Positions 56,609-64,000 of a stretch of DNA of 64,000 nt are shown piece by piece (position 1 is the stretch's first letter; each line of letters opens with the position of its first letter). A model generated the notes under the pieces. It was not told where the DNA came from and did no database searches. It saw only the letters and a list, made by a program, of their open reading frames with translations. The translations under genes were made by a program, and so were the position numbers. The stretch is from the human T2T-CHM13v2.0 reference genome, Homo sapiens, in NCBI RefSeq assembly GCF_009914755.1, contig NC_060939.1, one strand, 5' to 3'.

Positions 56609-59600
56609 GAATGGTAAGTCACTTTTATTAATTTGGGGCAACACATAAAGCCGGGATAGTTGCTACCTGGATCACAGAATCCCTAGGTGAGAAATAGCTA
56701 TGAGGGGTCAGCAGTCTGGAATCCATGGAACCCTGGCCAAGCCTCTTGTACAAGAGTCTCCCGTGAAGCCATGTGCATCTGAGAGGACCTGTGGAACACA
56801 GTGTCCCCTAGGGACCAGTACTGGCCACTCCTACAATTCATTTTCTTGGAGTGCCACCTTGTGGTTTTTTTACCAACAGGCTGAGTGCCTGGTTATCTGT
56901 CCATGTTTCCCTTGCAGACACCAAGTGCCCGGATAAAGTCAGCTTCACGGGCCCGGACTGGCTTACCCAAGGAGGTGCTGAAGGTGCCGTTTAGACATCA
57001 GTTAAATGGTGTTGATCATCCTGTTTGCCGTTTCCACCATGACTGAAGGCAGACCCTTGGCTATCTCACCTCCACCAGACCTCCGGACTACCTGACCCTA
57101 CCTCTTCCTCAGGAGCTGGAGAGCTGGTACTTAGCAAAAATATTTATTCTCTCAGCCACAGTTATGACTATTGTGGCCTCTGTGGAGATGAAGGCACGGG
57201 AAGCAACCAGGGGAACATGGCCTCAGCCCAGAGAAGCCACTGCTCTGTTCCCCAAGCCCTTGGTCTGCTGCTGGAGCAGTACCAGCCCCCCCGCCCACCA
57301 GGGAGGGACCCCCACCCCCAAGCACTGGGTAAGGTCTGAAGACAGCACAGCAGCCATACCCCTCACCATCATTACCACCATCACCAGATTCTGCATCTCC
57401 CTAGTGCTTTGCACCCTGGGAATTGGCAGCATGTGGAGGAACTAGAATCTCAGGAAAGAAATTGGGGGTTGTTTTCTACATAATTGTGAAAACAAGGTCT
57501 TCAAATGTGGAGACTTCTCCCCATTTACATGAGCACATATAAACGCTCACAACCTAGCCTGGAAAGGAAGACCAAGGCATCTGCCCCAACATGGCCTTGA
57601 GCTGCCTGTGAGGCAGGGGGCAGGGGTTCCAACACCAGCACAGGGCTCCCCAGGGACACTGGGAGCAAGCTGGTGCTGGAGCATGAATGACGTCTGTGAA
57701 GTAGAACCTGCGTCCCCACTAAGTCCTGCTGCTTCTTATTCCCCAACTCCTTGCCCTTTTCCCTTCCCTCCTAACCCCTTGGTGCCTTTCCCAGGGGGAT
57801 CCCCACACTGGTCTTGCCTCTTCTTTTCCACTGCTTGGCTCTTAAGCCTCAGGCAGATAAACTAGTATTCCCCCCAGCTTGGGGAACCTTGGAGTCTGCC
57901 AGGTCACCTTAGGGCAAGGCCCAGAAGGCAGCCCCTGGGAGCACCCAGCAGTTCTTGGAGATGTCCTGTCATCTAGCCATCTGATATCTTCCTCATTTGA
58001 GGCCACAGATATATACAGCCCAATTCCTCTGTCTACAAGTACATGATTTTATATAGCTCAGTCTATAACCTCCATGTGGGCCAATATAAGCTGTGTTTCT
58101 TGGTAACACATATTTTGTTTGAGGGGCCACTGGCCATGGGAGGTTATTTGTTCCTTAGACCCTGGAATAACACATCCAAGCCATTACTTATTAGAGTCTC
58201 AGAATGTACTCAGTGGAGCTGTGCTTTGAGGCAGCCAACATTTCTCTGCTCTCCTTAGAAATGCAGTCTCCCAATGGAAGCTTTATACTCTTTGTACTGG
58301 GAAAGTGAGGATGATTTGGTAGCTTTATTGGGGTCATGTCTTCCCCAAGGTGTGGGGAGCTTAGCTTACTTGGCTTTTGAGGTATCATCCCTCTGTTCTC
58401 CCCTCCTATCTTTCCATGACCCTCTGGATTGAGAGAGAGAGATAAAGACTGACAGACACCAGTGTAGGCTGGAAAAGGGAGTGTGTGACCAGAGTGCCAA
58501 AAGTGACTAGGAGCAGGAACTTGGCTCCGACTCAGTTTGGAAAATGGGAAATAGGGGACAGTAAGCACAATGCCCAGTAGTAGTTGATTTCCAAGGACCC
58601 TGGAACCCTACACTTGAGAGGCTTAGGGTCACCATCTGCTCAAGAGGATCCCCTCTGATCTACAGGCCTTTTCCCTAGGTTTCTGCCTCCTCGTTTTTGT
58701 TCAAGTTGGGTTCTGAGTCCTCCCCAAAAACCATTGTTTTAGACCTCTTGGCAGGGCCCCAAAACAGCCTCCCTCATACCCATCATTCCGTCTGCCTTCT
58801 GCTGCCCTCATGGGCAGTGCTCTGAGCAGTGACCTCCCTTTCCTCCGTGGAAGTAGCTAGTGCAGACACCGTCATCCCACCCCACCTGAGTCACCCCAAC
58901 CAAGAGGGTGACTGAATTTCAGCCTGATTATGCCCTCCTGGGGCTCCTGTGAGGTGGAGCCAAGGTTCCCTCTCTGTTCCTGTTTGTTTTTAAATATTGT
59001 TGTGTGTTTTGTATCTGTGGCACTGGCCTGCAGCATACTCTGTATATATTGTAAAGAAACCGTTAGGAGTAATTTTCTTTTGCATTGGGCAGGCATGGCC
59101 CTGCATTCCTGCCCTTTCCACTCATTCTGTAACACAGAGGACGAACTTCTGTATTAGCTGGGCAGCCTTGGGTTCTCCAGAAGAGAACAGGTTTTTCTTT
59201 TCCTTTTTAATTTTTCTTCTTAAACATTTGGCTCTTTGATCCTCATATCCAAGTCTCCCCTGAAGAGTAGGAGCTGCTCAGAAGAGCAGGTGAAAGCCAC
59301 CATGGCAGATCCTGATGCCTGCCGGGCCTAGTCTTCCCTCTGAAATAACATGAAGCAGCAGCTGTGGAGATTCTTGACAAGTGCTGAGTGAAAGATTTGC
59401 TGCCCACCTCTACATGGGGAGGAGAAACACAGGTGGGAGCTACCTGTGGCATCCATGACCTAGTCAGAGGGATGAGATGCTCAGCAGGGGTCCCCATCCT
59501 ATCCCACCCCACAAACAAAGGCTGGAAAAATTTGCTACCAAGGGCCAAGACCACCAGACCAAGCCTGTTTATGAGCCACCCCTGCCCAGGCCCTCACAGA

Positions 59601-60464
59601 CATTGCTCACGGGGCTTCCCATAGAGGAGAAGCTAAAGAGGGAGGGGGCCTCATCCCCAGATAGATCAGGCAAGGCTTGGAGAGCTGCTCTTTAGGATCC
59701 ACATCAACTACTTCCTCATTTTAAGGTATGGCAGTTCCCTTCATCCCCTTTTCCTGCCTTGTACATGTACATGTATGAAATTTCCTTCTCTTACCGAACT
59801 CTCTCCACACATCACAAGGTCAAAGAACCACACGCTTAGAAGGGTAAGAGGGCACCCTATGAAATGAAATGGTGATTTCTTGAGTCTCTTTTTTCCACGT
59901 TTAAGGGGCCATGGCAGGACTTAGAGTTGCGAGTTAAGACTGCAGAGGGCTAGAGAATTATTTCATACAGGCTTTGAGGCCACCCATGTCACTTATCCCG
60001 TATACCCTCTCACCATCCCCTTGTCTACTCTGATGCCCCCAAGATGCAACTGGGCAGCTAGTTGGCCCCATAATTCTGGGCCTTTGTTGTTTGTTTTAAT
60101 TACTTGGGCATCCCAGGAAGCTTTCCAGTGATCTCCTACCATGGGCCCCCCTCCTGGGATCAAGCCCCTCCCAGGCCCTGTCCCCAGCCCCTCCTGCCCC
60201 AGCCCACCCGCTTGCCTTGGTGCTCAGCCCTCCCATTGGGAGCAGGTTGGGGCGAGCTGGAGGCCCGGGCTGGAGGGGCAGTGTTGCTGTTCATAGATTT
60301 TGTTCCATTGGCGTTGCTCTGTTGAATTTAATTTCAGTCTTCCTGATTCTTCCCTTCTGTAAAGTGTACATTACCAAGTTCCTTGTTTTTTTATATATAT
60401 ATATAAATATATATATATACAAACTGTACTCTTTTTGCCTTTGTACATTCAGGCAAGAAGAGAA

Positions 60465-60470
60465 AATAAA
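60465..60470 (+). terminator. Proximal poly(A) signal of ZNF609
   Basis: AATAAA preceded by several TGTA (CFIm) motifs at 60358, 60365, 60425, 60442 and an AT-rich tract. Confidence 0.6.
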
Positions 60471-61264
60471 TCTTTTTAAGAGACAATCACAAATCTGTGA
60501 GGGCTGCTGGTTATTTCTCCTGGAGTTTGCTGCTGAGCTGCCTCTTCCTTCCTCCCAATTTTCCTGTTCTCCCTCAGCTCTCCTGATCTTCCTGGCCCTG
60601 CTCCATATGCATCCTCAGCTTCACTTTCCCTGGCTGATGGCAAGCTGTTGAATCCAGTGTCCAGACTACCTGCCTTGTAACCCTTTTCTGCCCAGCATTG
60701 TTTTCTGGCTTGGCCACTGGCTTAGCCCAGGAGCTTTACTCTGTGCCCTGGCCTCCCCTCTCTTCACCTTTAGATTTCCATTCACCGAAGTGGCTTTGGA
60801 CCCCTGGGTACTCTGGGACCTGTTTCCTGGAGGCCCTGGCTTGGGACACTCACCTGTGAAACTATGCAGCTGGGAGCTCTCTGCCTAAGAGTTTGCACTA
60901 TTTAAACCTGCCTGGGAGTTAGGACGGATGGTTTTAGGAATGACCGGAAAACTACCCCTAAAACTCCCCCGACATTCCAGCCTCTAGAATGCTCTGATCC
61001 AGAGCTCAGTGGATGATTCCCAGCTGGTGGACTCCTGTGGCTACCCCATCAGAACAAGGGCTAAGGGTTTATGGGTCAAGAGTATTTGATCAGAATTTTA
61101 AAGGGTGGTATACTCTGAAACACAGCCCAACCAAACCATTGTTTGGCCGCTTTCTCTTTTCCTCTACCTTCCTCATCCCCACTTTTTTCCCTTTCTCTCT
61201 ACTTCCTCTTCTTAATTGGCTTTGGAATTGAAATATATTTTTAAATTATTTGTTGTATTTATTG

Positions 61265-61270
61265 AATAAA
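61265..61270 (+). terminator. Distal poly(A) signal of ZNF609
   Basis: AATAAA in a U-rich context with upstream TGTA (61254) and U-rich downstream sequence. Confidence 0.8.
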
Positions 61271-61748
61271 GTTTTTAATGTCCCTGTTCTTAAATTTAGA
61301 CTTAGTTTGCCTTTCACACACCACCCCCACCCCCAAAATATTCTACCTTCTAAGTTGCTTTTTAAACTGTAGTGCAGCCTTTTGGGTACCATATTTCTTT
61401 CCTGTCAGTGGTCTTCAATAGCAAAAGTTTTTTTTGAAAAGGGAAATCTTGACTGGGTGATTTTTTTTTGAAGAGGGAAATCTTGACTGGGTTTCCAATT
61501 TAGCCTTTGTGACTCTAGCCGTATTGAAGAGGAATCACCAATAGGTGGCAGCAGAATCTCAAGCATGTTTCTTGGGAAAAAGGGACTGAGTTTTGTCTTG
61601 GTTCTTTTTCATCTGTCTTGTCGATTCCTTGTGTTTGTTTAATATCTGCATCCTAAACTGCCAGCTGCCTCTAGGAATTACCTGCCCAGTGGGGGACACT
61701 TGATTTCAACGGAATGTCTCTAGTCCCAGACTTGCTCTAATAACATTT

Positions 61749-62050
61749 GCCAGGCACGGTGGCTCACGCCTGTAATCCCAACACTTGGCGAGGCCGAAGC
61801 GTGGGAATCACTTGAGGCCAGGAGTTCGAGACCAGCCCGGGCAACATGGCAAAACCCTGTCTCTACTGAAAATACAAAAAATTAGCTGAGTGTGATGGTG
61901 GGCATCTGTAATCCCAGCTACTCAGGAGGCTGAGACAGGATAATCACCTGAACCCAGGAGGCGGAGGTTGCAGTGAGCTGAGATTACACCACTGCACTCC
62001 AGCCTGGGCGACAGAGCGAGATTCCATGAAAAAAACAAAAACAAAAAAAA
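61749..62050 (+). mobile_element. AluS in the short ZNF609-OAZ2 intergenic gap
   Basis: Alu consensus with A-tail. Confidence 0.92.
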
Positions 62051-62792
62051 ACTTGGGATTCGAGCTCATTACTTTTAATGAATACAAGTTAGAGTCCAAG
62101 ATAAATGACTTGGCCCACAGTGAAAACACAAGCAGGCTCCATAAAGAGCAATGTGAGAGCCACAGCTTAACAGTAGACAGTTGCAAAAATGTAGGTGGAA
62201 GAACATGCCCTTCAATTGGCAAAACAGAAGCAAAAGAAAAAAAGTGCCAGTAAATCCTTGAGAAATTAAAAAAACTGTGGTGAAGAGGATTCCAGCCCCC
62301 TTGGTACCACTGACAGCTTATTCATCAGGCTGTGGTGTGGGGGACTGGAAGCCACACCTTAGGACACTGAGCTCCAAAAGGGGAAAACTAGAACAGGGAA
62401 GGTGTGTGCTGCATCCTTCAAAGACCTCAGGAATGGGAATGTCAGGAGCTCCATGCAAAAGCCAAAACCCAGTATCAGGACCCAACCTCCCCAGCCTTTT
62501 ACAGAAAAGGAAGAGCTAAGAGCAGATTGGATCTTGGGTATAGCCTCTCCTAGATGAAGCTGATATGTACACATCTCTCTCCAGGGGGCTCTGGCAGTAA
62601 GTCTCAGACTCCTAGCAACCCCGCATTTCACAGTGTAATATGGCCCCAGAGAGAGACCTCAGCCAGTTTATCTGCCCTCCTACACTGCAGTTTTTTTCCC
62701 AAGGAGCACGCACCACACCTCTATTTATTAGGCTCTGGAGTCAAAACAGTTTGGTAGGGAGTTGGTCCTAGTTCAGAAATAAAGAATAGACC

Positions 62793-63925
62793 AACCACAA
62801 CTTTAAATCAGTTTATTGACACAGTAACACAACACACTTGCCTCCCTGACATCCCCGTCCCCCTCACCCAATCTAGATCTCTCCCCCTTGCTCTCCCCTT
62901 AGAAAAAGCTGTTTAGTGAAAACAGTTAAGGGCAGGCCACTTCTACACTCCCAGCGCTACCCTAGGCCCTGCAGAGCAGAGTCTCAGACACTACTCGGAA
63001 CCTGGTGGGGAGGCAGCTAGTACTATACTCAGCCAGCCAGAAGTATCCAGTCCCTAAGAACGGATTGCCCCACAATTCCCAGGCCCTGAGTTGCTATATA
63101 TTCCTCTTCCTTACTGCTGTTTGTGACCCCAAGAAGGAGACCTTGGGGCCTGGGCCTGCAGCCAGGAGCAAGAACTCCTGGCAGTGATTTGAGAATTAAT
63201 TAGAGTTTGGCTAGTGTTTTAAAGGCCCAGGCATCCCCCAAAAAAGCCCTGGTGGTGGGAGTAAATTTCAATGCCCCTATTTAAAATGTACTGATAACAT
63301 TAAACAGATTAAGCCAGCTTAACCAAATGCCAGAATAACACTAAGCTGTAAAGAAGGAGGGGTCGGACCTGCTTACTCCAGGCCAGACGCAAATGCACAC
63401 AGAGAAGCCCAGGTAAGAGTGTCAAAAAACAACTCAAGGACACTGCCCAGGGACTGAAAAGCCTATACTCAGGAGCCCCTGGGGTGACAGGAAGCAAAGA
63501 AAGAAAATACACAAGTCTTAATAACCAAAACAGAAAGCCAACAGCAGGGAAACCTGAGCCTGACAGTGCTGCCCACCAGCCCTCCAGGCCATGCCCCTGA
63601 ACCCAGACAGTCCCTCCCCCTCTAGGCAATGTCCTCCCCTAGGCTAGATAGAACACATCACACAGCGCAGTTTAGAAAGCTTCTAATGCCAGTTCATAAA
63701 CATCTTCATTTACTATTGGTGATTACATGTGAATAATATGTTTATACTGTTCTTTATGGAAAACAATTTCAACGAGTCAACTCCGAGAACACAATAGGCA
63801 ACCCTCACCCTGAGCCCCTCAGTGTCCTTCCCTAGACAGCGAGGAGCCCTCTCGTCTGTCCCAGGGCTGCCTAACTTCCCCTCTTCCCCCACTGTGGCTC
63901 TTGGGTAAAGCATCCTCTATGACTA
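62793..63925 (-). other. OAZ2: OAZ2 3'UTR (3' end approximate)
   Basis: Repeat-free sequence between the stop codon and the - strand AATAAA. Confidence 0.8.
62812..62817 (-). terminator. OAZ2 poly(A) signal
   Basis: TTTATT on + (AATAAA on -), followed on the - strand by GU/U-rich GTTGTGGTTGGTCTATTCTTTATTT. Confidence 0.85.
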
Positions 63926-64000
63926 TTAGTCCTCATCGGACAAGTTCTGGTCCAGGGGATAAACCATGAACATCACATCTGGCCGAGAGGGGACACAGGG
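63926..64000 (-). CDS. OAZ2: Ornithine decarboxylase antizyme 2, C-terminal 24 aa (partial, runs off the window)
   Basis: Reverse complement translates PCVPSRPDVMFMVYPLDQNLSDED*, the OAZ2 C-terminus. TAA at 63928-63926 is followed by TAG. The antizyme +1 frameshift site is outside the window. Confidence 0.93.
   Translation of the reverse strand, partial: PCVPSRPDVMFMVYPLDQNLSDED

Larger units (their letters stand above)
56918..61290 (+). other. ZNF609: ZNF609 terminal 3'UTR exon (3' end approximate)
   Basis: Acceptor tttcccttgcag|ACA. About 4.4 kb free of interspersed repeats, ending shortly after AATAAA at 61265. Confidence 0.85.

Noticed and set aside
62778-62783. + strand AATAAA facing the OAZ2 signal (bidirectional poly(A) site?)
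   Set aside because: More simply the U-rich downstream element of OAZ2 read on the other strand; no GU-rich element follows on +.
63926-64000. Antizyme +1 ribosomal frameshift element
   Set aside because: Known for OAZ2 but upstream of this window; not visible here.

Overview
Alu-dense primate genomic DNA, recognised as the human ZNF609/OAZ2 locus. Positions 1-45571 lie in one large ZNF609 intron packed with Alu, L1, L2, MIR, MLT1 and hAT-Charlie repeats. The ZNF609 introns also hold three retrocopies with target-site duplications (TSDs): RPL21, Y3 RNA and U6 snRNA. Six + strand coding exons (45572-56608) splice in frame to give the C-terminal 1086 aa of ZNF609, including its single C2H2 finger. 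A 3'UTR intron and a ~4.4 kb terminal exon with two AATAAA signals follow. The window ends in the last exon of OAZ2 (antizyme 2) on the - strand, convergent with ZNF609. Almost all other ORFs in the track are Alu or simple-repeat artefacts. I found no evidence of a new multi-gene system. The most notable unexplained structures are: (i) a 43-aa downstream ORF, TGA-GA-ATG|, created only by splicing the 3'UTR intron; (ii) three local templated insertions, each with a snap-back hairpin; (iii) repeated re-use of the same retrotransposition target sites; (iv) an Alu-Alu gene-conversion tract; (v) candidate internal first exons that could give an N-terminally truncated ZNF609. Repeat boundaries and subfamilies are by eye and approximate.
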